A stretch of DNA of 64,000 nucleotides from Monocercomonoides exilis PA203 (lineage: Eukaryota > Protista > Preaxostyla): assembly GCA_001643675.2 (NCBI GenBank), contig LSRY02000029.1:1054001-1118000 (forward strand). Direction: 5' to 3'. How positions within the stretch are numbered: the stretch's first letter is position 1; every line of letters begins with the position of its first letter. Shown piece after piece: positions 46,506 to 60,010 of the stretch. Under the pieces are notes generated by a model. It did no database searches. It worked only from the letters and a program-made list of their open reading frames with translations, and was not told where the DNA came from. The position numbers and the translations under genes are program-made.

Positions 46506-49500
46506 ATGAGTCTTTCCCTTTCGCTTTTCGCGGTGATGAAAAGGGGGGGGCAACGTTTTTCGCAATATAACGGAGAAAAAAATCAATTGGCCAATCAAAG
46601 GCCCCAAATTTGTGACACTTTTTATTTGAGAACAAGTCACAGATTTGATAAAATATCTGTTGTTCGTAATTCACCCGATAATGAAGAAACTCCGATCGAA
46701 AGACGCTTAACTGTTTGTAATTACATTGCTGTTCTAATGTGAAAATACAATTGAATTTTTTATTAGACCCTTGAATTTCAACAAATATTTGAGGCTTTAA
46801 AAACAGATGATGCAGAGAAAATTCAATCCTCTCTCTCAATTATAAAAGCAATTAGTTGCAAAGGTTATTTCTGCATTTCTGTTCCAGTGTTTCAATAAAA
46901 ATTATTTTAGATTCAAGAGCTACACAAGATTTTCTGTTTTCTCATAATATCTTGGAGCATCTGATTGACCTGCTAAAGGCAAGATCAGAAGCAGATATAC
47001 AAGTGTGATTTATTGCATTCACAGATTATATTTTTATTTTGTTTGCTTTAAAAAATTTTCAGGATTTGATTTTATGTATCGCAATAAATCTTTGTGTGTT
47101 AAATCTTTCCGTTTTTCTTTTCTTTTTTTCTATAATAGCGCAAAACATTATATCAATTATATTATTTCAGTGGCAAGAGCATCTGCTCATGCTGTTTCGT
47201 CGATTGTATTTTCAGAAATCACGCTTATTTTTATCAACATCCTTCACTATCCTCAAAATAATACAATCTTAGAATCTGTTTGCTAAAAAATGTGAAATCA
47301 TGAATATTTCTTTTCTTTTATTTTCTTTTTTTGAAAATTAAATAAATAAAATTTAGGTGATTCATTTCTTTGGATGTGCAGCTGGTGATTCAATTGAAGT
47401 TGTTAAGTACATCTTGTCATTGAACATTTTGAACGATGTGGCTCGTATAGCATCAACTGCAGTGAGTTTATTTGTCACCGAAAGCTCAATTCTCGCAGCT
47501 CCTCCGCGTATTTTTTACTCTTCGAATGAATCTCTTCCATATAGCGTGAGCGTCTACCAGATTTGCTGTTATTTTCTCTACAATGTGTCTCGCATCATTC
47601 CTGCCTTGTCTCCGCTAGTTCATTCAGAATCAGAGTGCATTTCTTCATCTCTTTCTGGAACAAACACAAACATTGTTCCTTCACGGCCAGCATCGACTGA
47701 TTTAGCAGCAACAACATCAACTTTATTTAGTGACTCACAAAGCAGCCAGACAATAGACGATGAAGACAGAGAACATGATAAAGAAATCATAAGGCGCACA
47801 ATGCAAACATGCATTGAACTTATTCCTGTGCTTGCTCTGCTGACGCGGCAGAACGACAGTTCCAATGAAACTATTGGTGACATTATAGAAGCACTAACAC
47901 GGATTGTGTCTGGCAATCAGCAAGCCATTTCATTCCTCACATCTCCCTCCATCACAACACTTCATCTCGATCGTTTCCTTCAGCAATACACACCATCATC
48001 ATCACTGTTATCATCGTCGTTGTCCTCATCGATACCATCGCCCGAAGCACCTTCAATTCATTCACATTCATCATTCATATCATCCACTTCATCCCCCAAA
48101 TTCACAACGAGCTCTGTTCTTAGCCCGTTCACTTCACTTCCTCTTCCTCTTGTTTCATTTCCCATGTCGCCTTTCTTCATATCACCGCTAAACTTTCTTC
48201 TGCAGAAAGCGATGCTGTCTCCTTCCAACAAGATCATCGGCAAGTGCATAACGTTGCTGTGGGAAATATCTGCAGAGAAATCATCGAAATTTATCGATGT
48301 TTGCAACCTTTGTATTATGTTTAATCAGATTTTAACGAACATTGCATTAATATATTTATTTCCTTTAACTTCCTTTAATTAATTTAAACTCTTTCTTTCC
48401 CCCTTTTCCTTTCAAACATGCATTTCCTTCAGGTGCTTTGGGAAGACGATGCATTTCCCTTTTTAATGGGCGCATTGTTTATGCCTGCACCGATAACAGT
48501 TCTCAGAACACTGGATATATTCAGCGATGTGGCTGCTTCTTCTCATCCAGCTGCCGAACAGCTTGAGCAGATGGGACTACTCCAGGTCATTTGCAGGCTC
48601 CTTCTGAATGACACGTACGGGACACAATATCTTGTGACCAATGTTTCTGGCAGGAAAGGAAGGAAAAGAAGGCAGCAGTATCAAAGCAGGAAAGGGCTAT
48701 TTCGTATTTCTTCTTCTTCTTCTTCTTCTTCTTCTTCTTCTTCTTCAAGTGATTCTATTCGTATGGACTGTGAAGAGCCAACAGGATCAAGCGAGAAATC
48801 AGGTGAGTTTGAAGAAGCAATTCCCAAACGTATCGTCAAAGTCAAGCCTGCTGCTGATCTTCCGTCTGAAGTGGTGTCTGCCTTTGACGAAGTGGACAAC
48901 ACGGAAGAGGTGAACCAATCGCAACTGTACAGCGACATCCTCAAGAAGAGCATGCGCCGCAGACAAGCAAGCGATGTGTTTCCGCCTCTGCTGAATTCTC
49001 CTCTGGGGCTGGCTTATGTTGACTGGAACGTTCGGGGTAAGTGCATTGTTATGCTTCACGACTTTGCGTGCTCAAATGTGCGGCATATTGATGCGTTGAT
49101 CAGAGCTCGTATTGTTGCTGTTCTGTTGGAGGCGCTGCTTTCGCTCGACACACTTCCTCTTTCGTTTTTCAATCCATCCTCTCTCAGAATGGCAACACAG
49201 GAGGCAGTGACAATTGCACTGTCTATTGTAATTAAGTGCTTGTCAAGAGGGAAAGCAATTGCACAGACAGAGCTGCTTCGCATGAGAAAGAGTTTTGTGA
49301 AGAAGCAGAAGAGCAAAATTAAGACGCAAACAAAGAAAAAAGGGATCACATTCGGAAGAATGGAGGTGGAGCAATCGGGCATTGGAAGAGGAGATGACAG
49401 CTCTGCAGGCAGTAGCGATCAAAATGACAGCAGTGTGAGTGACGAGTCAAGTGACGATGCTCTGCTCAGCATGTACGACGAAGACATTCCAGTCAACATT

Positions 49501-50136
49501 CTCAACATTCCTTTGAGAGACATATTTTCAGACAGAAGAAGGGCTGATTTGATTAGCATGATGGCCAACTGCAAAGTGGCACAGTGGCAGAACAAGGCTG
49601 CTCTGATCTACGATGAATACATTGCACCGCTGCTGGAATGGCAGGAGACGACAGCCAGCGACAGAGTTGGCAGTGGAGAATGTGAAGAAGACTATCCAAT
49701 GAATCTGGAGGAGCTGCTGTCTGACGATGGGGGCTTGTTTCCTGGAGCTGATCGCGCAAGACTGACAGCGCAGGAGCTTCACGAAATATTCTCTTCTGGA
49801 AACGAAACTTCGTCACAGCCATTTTTGAGAGGGCACAATTTTGAAAGTGCAAATGATTGCTTGTCTGAATTTGATGAATCTGAAAGCGATGAAGAAGGAG
49901 AATATGAGAATGAATCCGAGCTTTCTGTGGATCCAATTGATGAAGAAAGTGAAAGTTCGCATGAAGAAACAGGAGAGGATGAGCCGAGAAATACTCACTC
50001 AAATTCTTCAGCAAACGCTTTGCAACGGGAAAGGCTTCAGAATCAATATTCTGGACAGCCTTCGCAAAATCATTCAGTTTCCAGCAACGATAATTTTATT
50101 TCTTCATTTTTTGGGTATAGTGTTGATGCTCAATAA
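46506..50136 (+). CDS. ARM-repeat protein, divergent importin-alpha-like, multi-exon
   Basis: Exons encode NILEHLIDLL..DIQ and VIHFFGCAAGDS..VKYIL, which resemble importin-alpha ARM motifs (GNIAGDS). GT-AG introns, Ser-rich and acidic insertions. Confidence 0.5.
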
Positions 50137-50218
50137 TTTTTGTTAGATATTTTTGTATTTAAAGAAAAAAAATCATCAGATTTTTGTGAAAAAATATTAT
50201 ATAATTACGATCAAAATA

Positions 50219-51313
50219 ATGGCTCCTCCTCTTCACGAAGACCTTAAAAAAGCTCTCCAGATTATCAGAGAAAAACGAAATTTTAAACCAGAAGAATGGA
50301 TTGAAGCAAAATGTAAGATGTTTAATGAATACATGAAAAAAGCTGGACTTAAAGGCTGTGTCATAAACATGTCAGGAGGAGTTGATTCATCTTGTACAGC
50401 TGCACTTTGCATACACGCGATGAAAATGGAAGGCTCTCCAATAAAAAAGGTTATCGGTATTGCACAGCCAATCCATGTGTGAATTTTGATTTCTTTTTTC
50501 TTGTGTTTTAGTGAAAAAAATTTTTTTGAAAAATAATAAATAATTTGATCATACAGAGCACAGCTTCCATTCAGCAAAGGGCATTTGATGTTGCCAAGGC
50601 TATTGGCCTTGAAATGATTACAGTTGACCAAACTAAAATTTATGATGATCTTGCTCCACTTGTTGAATCTCCATTATCGCTCCATGCAAATGAATTTGCT
50701 CTTGGACAACTGAGATCATACATGAGAACTCCTGTGGCTTTCTTTGTTGCACAAATTCTCTCATCTTCAGGGGGATGTCCGTCAATAGTTCTTGGAACGG
50801 GAAATAAAGGTATTCTTGTGTTGAGAATAATTTCATAGCGATAATGTGTTTGGTTTTAGATGAAGACGGATATTTGTATTATTTTTGCAAAGCAGGAGAT
50901 GGAATTTCTGATGTCCAATTAATTGCAGATCTTCATAAAAGCGAGGTATTTTCTGTATCTGCTGTTTTGGGGCTTCCAGAGGTTGTTTTGAAATCTCCTC
51001 CATCTGCTGATCTGTGGGAAGGGCAGACAGACGAAGATGAAATGTTTGATTTGCTTATTTATTTCATAACATACAAATTATTATTTTTTAATATATGTTA
51101 ATATTTTACAAACAACTCAGAGGATGTTCATATGATTTCGTCGAGCTTTACACAGAGCTTCTTGCATACCCTGCTGAAGAGCGCGAGAAAATATTTGCCG
51201 CTTTCTCTGAAGAAGCCAAAGAACAGTACAAAAAGCTGGGCGAGCTTATTGAAGGCATTCATCGCAGAAATTCACACAAAGCAGAATATCCAATTGATCT
51301 CAACATTCTTTAA
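50219..51313 (+). CDS. nadE: NH3-dependent NAD+ synthetase (no glutaminase domain); exons 50219-50476, 50557-50809, 50860-51043, 51121-51313
   Basis: PP-loop SGGVDSS, GTGNKDEDGYLYYFCKAGDG, IADLHKSEV, PPSADLWEGQTDEDEIG. All three GT-AG introns are phase-consistent. Confidence 0.93.
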
Positions 51314-51650
51314 GTAAAATGTGCATTACAAATTAGCGTTTATCTTTTATTTTGTTTTGTTATAATTTACCACTTTTTCGTATGAATTGAAGCAATGCAA
51401 AGGAAATGTTTTTTCCTTCTATTTGCTCTGATTTAACAATGAAACATTTATCATTTTCCATTCTTATTTGCCATTTATCAATTATCAAAAAAACATAAAC
51501 AACTTTTGCTTGTTAATAAAAAAGTGATGCATTTATGCAATGATGCATCGCAATCTCTGATTGATAGAAAGCGCTAAAGTTCTCTTAATGGAATGTCATT
51601 CGTCGTGTGTGCTCCAAACAATCACAGTTATCGCTGAAAGCATTCAATTT

Positions 51651-52933
51651 TCATTTAATGTTGTCTGATTGTTCTTCGTCTAATGAACCTTCACATGCTG
51701 TTGAGGGTTTATCGAATGAACTGTAAGCAGTATCGTCATTTTCGGTGCCTTCCTCATTTTTTTCGTTTGTAAAATCTTGAAGTTTTTCTTTTTCTTCTGT
51801 TTCATCTTTTTCTTCTTTCCTTTCATTTTCCTCTTCACTTTCATTTGAAACCTCATCGTTTTCTTCTTCTTCTTGTTCCTCTGCCTCCCCTTCTTCTTCT
51901 TCTTCATTATCGCTATATTCTTCATCTTCATCCTCTTCCTCATCATCGCTGCTGTGATGCACATTCAGCCATCTGTCTTTTTTTTTCCATTGAGTCTTTT
52001 GTGGCACCATTTCGCCATCACTCCATTTTTCCATCATCTCCTTTTCAATTCTCCGAACGTCTTCAGCTGTTGTACCTGCTGCATATGCATCCAACAATTC
52101 GCTAATAAAATAAAATGAAAATAATTTTAATGATAATTGTTTCTTTCTCAATTAATAAGGTTTTTCAAACTCATTCAATTCAAAAAATGAATGACCCCAA
52201 GTAAATTTTGAGAGAAGATATAAAGCGTCCTCTTTAAATCTGAAGATTAAAATAATCGATAAATATGAACTAAAAAAATTTATAAAATAAATAAATAAGC
52301 ATACCCAGTAATTGCTAATGTTGCGGCAAAAGCTTCTGCACAAGATAGAGTTCTTGGCTTTCCATAATTAATTGGATTTGCTGCCACAAGAAAAGGAACT
52401 GTATAGAAGAATGCAATAATGTATAAAGAGTGTATAAGATATAAGGCAAACGTAATCTATCATTACTTTTTGGATAATGAAGTTTCTCAAGATGCAATTC
52501 AGGAATCCTTGCCCATGAACAATCAATCACGGCCAAACCACGAGTAGAAATTATTTCTTTGTCGGAAGGAGACACAACTATGTCTTCTGCGCAAGGGCTA
52601 TTTTAAAAGTATTTTTGAAATTATCAATTCTTACAAGAACTTAGCACATTATTTAAACATGCCTCAAAACAATTCCACCAAAATGATCCGAATTTCTCAA
52701 TTCCCTAACCATATTAAAGCGTACGCATTTTCTTCCAGTGCACTTTTTCGAATCGCACTGACAGTAATCCCACATCGCAAGACGGACTTAAATCAAATAT
52801 GAATAAAAAATGTAAACATGGAAATTTAAAAAAATTTAATGTTGCTAAAAATGAAGGTAATACCAGAGATATTTTTGTCAGTCAAGTTTCTTTCGAATTT
52901 ATTCCATTTATTCCTATTTTTTCCCCATGACAT
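51651..52933 (-). CDS. TSR3: 18S rRNA aminocarboxypropyltransferase, multi-exon, acidic tail
   Basis: [59 protein letters not shown]. Confidence 0.93.
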
Positions 52934-53084
52934 ATTCTCAGTAATTTTATATTGGTTATATGATCTAGCAGATTTCTCAAATAATTGTTTAAAAACAAAA
53001 CGAAGAATTATTAACCAGAACCACCGTTCTAAACAATTCCATACGTATTTGTGAACAAATATTGTAGAGTTTTGCGCTTTTTTA

Positions 53085-54042
53085 ATGTCACAAACAAAAA
53101 TTCCAGCAAATGCAATAAAACTTGTTGAGTCCATTGCTTCTGAGGACTTAAGAGATTCTCAAGCATTTTTAATTCAATCTCTTGTGAAGTTTGACTCACT
53201 TTGGAGAAAAGAAAATAGAATAAATTTTCTCAAAAATTTTAGCGATTCTGATTTCAAATGGCCTTGTCAGAATTTTACGGACATATGGTGTCAAGAAAAA
53301 ATTGCTACTGTTAGCATTATAATTTTTATTTTCTATTTTTCGCAGGAAGCAAACAAGTTGCGACAGTGCATACTTTGAGGCTGAACTTGGAAAATCTTTT
53401 TCAGAATCAGTTTGTTATTTAAAGAATTTTAAATTGAAGAACATAACCTGTCCGTTTTTGTTTCGGAAAAAAGCTTGTTCCTCTTTATTCAACAATAGAT
53501 TCGATTCAGAGAGATTGCAACCAAGCCTCGACTCGTTCAGCTACATTATTGCCATCAGAAAAAGCGAAGGATGATGAGAGTTTGAGCGAAGAATACGATG
53601 AAGCAAGTCAAACACATCAACTTGCACAAAAGCTTGATCTGGTAACTGATAAAGTGTGGATTATTTTGCTTTTATTTTCTCATTTTCATTTTTTTAATAA
53701 TTATGTAATGATACGAAAAGTTTCTTGATTCGCTTTTTAGTGAAACGATTACGCAGTATATCGTCATTCATTTACCAATAAAATACTTTTTCTTTTTTCT
53801 TTTCTTTTTATTTACTTATTTCTTTCTTTCTTTATCTTTTTCTTTTTCTTTTTTTTTCCCGAAAGAACCCAAGAATCACAAAATCCACATAAGCTTTTTG
53901 CAGGAGTAAACTTCCCAAAGCAGTATGTTTTTTATTTTTCAAACGTGAATCTAAATATTTTTTCTGATTTATTTATTTCATTAGCGTTATAGAATCAGCA
54001 AAAAAACGATTTGATCAAATCATGAAGGAATATAAAACTTGA
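53085..54042 (+). CDS. Small multi-exon hypothetical gene; exon structure unresolved
   Basis: ATG 152 bp from the TSR3 start (divergent). Coding-like blocks alternate with T-rich intron-like DNA, with a possible stop near 54040. Confidence 0.4.
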
Positions 54043-54194
54043 ACCATCTTTTTCTCAAATTAATGAGGAAAATTAAGTTTTTTATTGTTTTATTTGACTT
54101 TATTTAAAGCTCTTTTCGTATCCATTTCGTTTTTTACCTTTTTTTTTTTTTAAAAAAAATTCTATCTGCAAAAAGTAATGGTATGAGTTGATCA

Positions 54195-56633
54195 ATGTCC
54201 TCAAAGAAAGCTGTTGTTTCATCCCATTTTGGACCAGGCTCAAAATATGATTATGTGAAAGTTAAAATACGTATTAGTGGCGGTCATACTACAGTCTTCA
54301 GTCGATTTTTAATTTCAAGATTTCTTCGGGCAATAAAGGTTTGTTTTTTTCATTATTTTCAAATTTATTGATTTTTAATTTCAAAATTTTGTGATTATGC
54401 AAAGATACCAGAACGTGACAGTCAAAAAATTTCTCTTGAATTAAAAAAACTTCTTGTTGATGAAGGATTATTGGAGATATCTCAAGGACAGCTTGACGCA
54501 TTTCTTCTTTGTCTAATGGTTCAATACGGATATGGAAAAGAATATTTTACGCGATATAGGATGATCTCAAGTTTTTTCAGAGAACGAGTACCATTGGTAA
54601 TTATTATTTCCGGAACAGGTTGTTTGGCAAAAAAAGCTGTTGCAACAACTCTTGCAAATCAACTAAATCTCCCAAATGTTTTGCATGCTTCTTTGGTTTC
54701 ACAAATACTTACACAAGTTGGGAAAATTCAAGCTTCATATAGTGGGAGTAAAATCTGGTTTTCCTCTTTTAGAGACGTCGCAACGCATCCTCCTCTTGAC
54801 CTTCCTCCACTTTTTGCAACGATGCAAAAATCACTTACTCAAGAAGATCGTATTTTTCTTTCATATTTTCAGTCGCAATGCAAAGATGTGAGAAATGGTG
54901 TCGCATTTGACGTTAAAAAAGCTAAACAGGAAGGAAAAGCAGTGATTGTGGAAGGATCGTTTCTTGATCCACGTGATTTCGCAGATGAAATGAATTATAT
55001 TCAACAAATAAAGTTTCTCACAAATGAAGCCCAGCTTACAAACGAAAATAAATTTGGAGAAAATGCTGAAAAAGATAGAAAAGAAATCATTCAAACAGAA
55101 AACGAAAGTAATGAAGAATTGCAACAAAAAAGTATATCATCAAAGAATTGTACTCAACAATCATCACTTCCATCTCCTTCACTTCATTCTTCTCCTTCAA
55201 AAGCCATCGACGTTGGCACTTCATCCAATGTGAATAATACTCTCACATCGCCAATAACTCACTCGTCGCAACAATCTGACAAAGGTACACATTTTCAGAA
55301 CGACTTCAAAGCTTCTCTTTCTTCTCCTTCTCCTTCTCCCATGCTTCCTGGGCCTTCTCAGCAGCCACCTGCAGTTACACCTCCGATAGTTTCGGGTATT
55401 TCCATTTCGCGCGATCTTTCCCTTTCAGCCACAGACAGCACGCCAACACAGGAGCCTTTTTCTTCTTCGCCTCCAAAGCTTCACGAATCAAATTCAGACG
55501 TGGCAAAGCCATTGAGTGATTTGCCTCCTCTTTTATCTCCCTCTTCTGATGATCGCCCTCCGCCTGATTCATTCGCTCAAGCAGCAAACACTACAAGTCC
55601 TCAGACAGAAGCCCCTTCCTTCCCTTCTGCTCCGTCGCCTTCAAAGTGTCCAGAAACAAGCTCTTTCCCGACTGTTGGCTGTGTCCTCTTCTATTTTCTG
55701 CTGACATCACCAGAGTCGATTGCATCACCCACAATTGCTCCGCTCCAGACACATACAATATCGAATGCGATGGATGCAACAAAATACCCTCCTTCTTTCT
55801 TGTATTGGCTGTCGTCACACCGCCTTCTTTTGGAAAAAAGGCAGAAGGAAATTATGCAGATGGAGAATCCAGACGAAGAGCTTTCTCCTGTTCTGGCATC
55901 TCCCACAGACGCGTCAGTCTCAAGCAACGCAGACAGACAGCAGCAGCGCGACAAGCCAGGCAAAGAAGAAGAAAAGAGTGAAGAAGCATCATCCACACAG
56001 GCAGAACAGAGTGGAAGCACAAGCTACTCAGCAACTGGAACACCGCCCATTCAGTCGCTGCTGTCTGTGCCTTCGTCGCCGGCTGCTTCGATCGTCAACT
56101 CTCGAATAGCTGCTCTTATTCAGCACCGCATTTCTCTGGTGGAGCACTTTCTCATCTCCTCCATGCTCTCCTTGACGCCTCCTGCTTCTTACGCATCCTT
56201 GTCTCCACACGAGCCAACTGTCGTGTTTTCTTCTGGGCTGTCTCAGCAAACCTTCAGGAAATTCGCCAAAATCCCTCTCCACTTCATCGAACAGCCCGCT
56301 TTGCAGCAGAAAAAGATAGCTACTTCTTTGTCACCTCCGTCCACACCAGCTGTCAAATCCTCTTCGACAGATCCATCGCCTGCAATGGCACCTTCTCGTT
56401 CTCTTACGTCCTTGTCAGCTTCATCTCCTGCTCCAACTCCCAATCGCCAGATCTGCTCAGCACTCATTCATGTGCCTGTGCGTGCCACGCTGGATGAGAC
56501 AGTCGATCAGCTGCATTCGATCATTCTGACAGTCCTCCACTCGCTTTATGACCAGCAGGCGTATGACCACCTTTCCATACTCACCGAACAGGACAGCCAG
56601 GAACACACTCAAAAAAGAGAGGCAGCTAAATAA
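54195..56633 (+). CDS. LPA1 / 2-phosphoglycerate-kinase-like P-loop protein; exons 54195-54338 and 54405-56633
   Basis: SKYDYVKVKI..FSRFLISRFL, KISLELKKLLVD, RVPLVIIISGTGCLAKKAVATTLANQLNLPNVL and GKAVIVEG match this family. Long Ser/Pro-rich C-terminal half. Confidence 0.8.
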
Positions 56634-56686
56634 ATAGCTGTTGCTCTAGCTGAAGCTGATTCCGTAATAAGAAATTGAATCTTTAT

Positions 56687-59600
56687 TTATAAATTGATTT
56701 GTTGAGAAGTGCATTTTGCACATTTGCTTTTTTTTCTGAGACTTTTCGTTTCTTTTACGTTGCTTTTTTCGTTTGTTTTCTGTTCAGTTGGCTTGTTTAA
56801 GTTATTTACAATTCTTTTTCTTTCTTTTTTTAGTCGGAAATTTGATTTATGGAATAAACAGCAAAGTTTTTGTGATGAAAGTGGCATCTGTGAAAGGGCA
56901 TTAATTCTGTTTGTAAATTGCGTTTTGTTTTCATCCACAGAAATTGGGCAATGCAATAACTGTTTCATCAATTCTGAACTAAAAGTTTGTTTTGAGGTGC
57001 CTTTCAAAACTCTTGAGCATCTTGTTCCTTGAAAAGAAGCGTGTGGTAAATTAGTATTTTTTTCACTGAATTCTGACGAAGAAGTTGCACTAACTGAACT
57101 TTTGTAAATGGTAATGAACTTCTTTTTGTTTTGATAGAATGATGCAGAAGCAAATGGTATAACAATTGTGTTGAAAACATTTAATTCGTCATTTTGGCTT
57201 GTATCGATTGAAGATTCTCTTTCATTCAAAATGAGCAACGGAACAGAATCAATATTGTCCGCTTGATTATTCAAATGGGATTGGTTAGTCAAACTTAATT
57301 TTCGCATTTTCAACAGCATTTCAGGATTTCGTTGAGCAGCGCTAGAATGTCCTGGTATTGCTTTAGACAAAGCTGTTATATAGCCATAGCCTTCGTTTTG
57401 TCTTTGAATGCTTTTTGTTTCAATGTGTGATGCCAGTAAAGATTGGCGATATCGAATCCAATCTGAATGGAAGCTTGCATCTGAACAGAAATATTCATCA
57501 GGGAAGAAAGAAAGGTAATCAGACGAAGCAACTGCCTTCACAAGTTCTTGAACGGAAAATCGTTGGATAGTATGCTCGTTCATCGTTGCTCTGATATGTG
57601 GATGGAAATGGTTAATATTAAGCCAAAAATCACGAAAGGGGGAGAATTCATGTTTAATTCTTGGGAATGCTGGCAAAAGTGGTTTCTTTGTTGTTGGAAC
57701 CCAATTTGAAGGATCTTCTTCGACAGTCGAATCGATCCACTTAAAAAACTGCTCATCAAATGTGAAGAGAGACATCGTAGGGAATAACGATGGCTGTGGA
57801 ATTAGCTTGTTTGAGATGCGCACATCAAAAATGGAATTCTCTTTTGTTGAATTTGTATTGCAGTTGAGGCTTCTCGAAGAAGAAGAAGAAAATGCTTGAC
57901 TTCTATCAGAAAGTGAATGATCTGAAGCTATTTCAGCACTAGGCGTTGATGGAGGACTGATGAAGTCAAATATAAGAGGACTCTCAAATTTTTCTGTTTG
58001 TGTTGCCTCTTGTAGAATTGAATGATTGTTCAATGAATAGTCTGTAGTCGTTTGGCGCTTTAGATGTTTCAGTTGATCCCTTTCCAAATCAGAGAGCATC
58101 TTTCGAATCTCCTTCTTTTCCATCTTTTTCTCTTTTCTTTGGATTTTATTTTGGAGTTCCTTCACATCTTGTTCGCTCATTCCTTCCTTCTCAGCGTTGC
58201 ACAGCATGGTTTTCAGCTCTTCAAGTGTAGGGTTCTTCTCTTCCATCTCCCATTTCCTCTCTTTTCTCTCATCGTCTTCTTCCATCTTCTTCTCTGCCTC
58301 GTCCCACATTGCGTTCTCCTCCTCATCCATAACTGACATCTTTTTAATCCAATACCCAAACTCTTTTTTAAACCGCCGAGCTTCTTTGATCTGCTTTCTG
58401 ATCAGTTCAAGTTTTCGCTCCTTGAATTCTGTGTTTGTGTTATCTTCATCAACTTCAGAGAAATCTTTTGCAGAATCACTGTCCGTCGAATTCGCACATG
58501 TACTGTTATCATCTGTATATGTCGTGCTTATTTTATTCTTCAGTTTTGCCTTCTGCTTTTTCAGTTCATGATCCTCTTTCCTCCACTGGCACTGTATCAG
58601 CGTTTCCTCCAGTTTGCACAAAAGTGACTCTCCTTTTCCACCTCCTTCAAGCTCCACATCCGCTGCAATCGTCGCCTGGCGAGTCTTCGGCGGCTCCCAA
58701 CGATGAAGAGCCTCTGAGAAATAGCGTTCGCTGTCTGAGTCTGAAAGCTCTGAGTCGTTTGAAGCATCTGCTGCTGCATCCGTCGAATGAGCAAAGATGC
58801 TATCTTTGTTGTGAGATGGCTTTTCTGAAAGAAAAGAGGCGTTTTTCGATGGGCTGCCATAAGACGTTTGAAGGGAAGTTTTGCTGTTGCTAATAAAAAA
58901 TAGGGACCTACGGAGCTGCTTGAATAGAGTCTGTTCTTTAATTAATTTGATTTGTTCGTATTTATCCCATGGTTCAATTTTCATTTGATTATCTGATAAA
59001 TGTTTGTTTGTTGCCCTTATAATATTGTCGTTTGATTGCGCATCCTCTGTTGCAGAGTTCAAGTGTTCGATGCGTGCATTCTGCTCACTAAAGATGCTCC
59101 CTTGTTGCTTTGTCGATGAAAAATCTTTGGAAATATTATTTTTAGGATTGAGTAAAAATTCTTCATCAATAATTCGTTCAAAAGAAGACTCTTTTGTGGT
59201 CGATGTGGTATCAGATGATTGCGAGACTTGCAAGCGTAAATTTCTTGGATCTAAGAGATGCTTTTTGCTTTCATGTTCATTGAGAGAAGATGAATCAGAC
59301 GAAGAAAATGAAATGCATGAATTCGCAAATAAATGTGAAGTAGATGAAAGTTTCGTTGACTCTCTATAATGTTCATCAAATTCGCTTTCTTTCAAATGGT
59401 CAAGCGCTTGCTTTTTTTGAAAATAATTTGTTCCTGCAAATGAAGTTAAGTATTGTTCAGTTGAAAAAGAAGAGTGAGTCAGGTTATGAGAATCGACAAG
59501 ATAATTAAAGCTGCCAAATAATTTCAAATTGTTCATTTTTGATAAATTATTAGCTAGTAATTCTTGTGCATTGTCAGAACTTTCGTTTTCTGATGTTATT

Positions 59601-59722
59601 TCAGTCTTTTGAATAAAAGAAGATGAATGTTCGGGTGAAATTCTTCTATTATCATCACAAATGTTTTCAAAATGTATGCAATGATTTAAAATCTCGTCAG
59701 TTAAAAAAGAACTAGTTTCCAT
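56687..59722 (-). CDS. Hypothetical 1011-aa protein with a central charged coiled coil
   Basis: Long single ORF with a K/E-rich segment at ~58050-58600. No recognisable domain. Confidence 0.7.
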   Translation of the reverse strand: METSSFLTDEILNHCIHFENICDDNRRISPEHSSSFIQKTEITSENESSDNAQELLANNLSKMNNLKLFGSFNYLVDSHNLTHSSFSTEQYLTSFAGTNYFQKKQALDHLKESEFDEHYRESTKLSSTSHLFANSCISFSSSDSSSLNEHESKKHLLDPRNLRLQVSQSSDTTSTTKESSFERIIDEEFLLNPKNNISKDFSSTKQQGSIFSEQNARIEHLNSATEDAQSNDNIIRATNKHLSDNQMKIEPWDKYEQIKLIKEQTLFKQLRRSLFFISNSKTSLQTSYGSPSKNASFLSEKPSHNKDSIFAHSTDAAADASNDSELSDSDSERYFSEALHRWEPPKTRQATIAADVELEGGGKGESLLCKLEETLIQCQWRKEDHELKKQKAKLKNKISTTYTDDNSTCANSTDSDSAKDFSEVDEDNTNTEFKERKLELIRKQIKEARRFKKEFGYWIKKMSVMDEEENAMWDEAEKKMEEDDERKERKWEMEEKNPTLEELKTMLCNAEKEGMSEQDVKELQNKIQRKEKKMEKKEIRKMLSDLERDQLKHLKRQTTTDYSLNNHSILQEATQTEKFESPLIFDFISPPSTPSAEIASDHSLSDRSQAFSSSSSRSLNCNTNSTKENSIFDVRISNKLIPQPSLFPTMSLFTFDEQFFKWIDSTVEEDPSNWVPTTKKPLLPAFPRIKHEFSPFRDFWLNINHFHPHIRATMNEHTIQRFSVQELVKAVASSDYLSFFPDEYFCSDASFHSDWIRYRQSLLASHIETKSIQRQNEGYGYITALSKAIPGHSSAAQRNPEMLLKMRKLSLTNQSHLNNQADNIDSVPLLILNERESSIDTSQNDELNVFNTIVIPFASASFYQNKKKFITIYKSSVSATSSSEFSEKNTNLPHASFQGTRCSRVLKGTSKQTFSSELMKQLLHCPISVDENKTQFTNRINALSQMPLSSQKLCCLFHKSNFRLKKERKRIVNNLNKPTEQKTNEKSNVKETKSLRKKSKCAKCTSQQINL

Positions 59723-60010
59723 GATTTTTGTTCATAATAAATTATTTTCTATCTTCCTTTAAATAAAAGAGAGAAAAATGAAGTTCAAAATATAAAAATA
59801 TGTTTAATAAATTAATGGAAAAAAACTTTTTTCACGAATAAACGGCCTTTCAACGCAAATTATTGAAAAAACGAAATTTTTTGTTTCGATTATAATTGTG
59901 AATTATCATTATGTTTAAGATCAGAAATACAAAAACAATATTTTCTGTGTGTAATAACCAGCTTTTCTTTAGAATCAGAAGAACTTTTCAATTAAAGTTT
60001 CTTGAGTACA

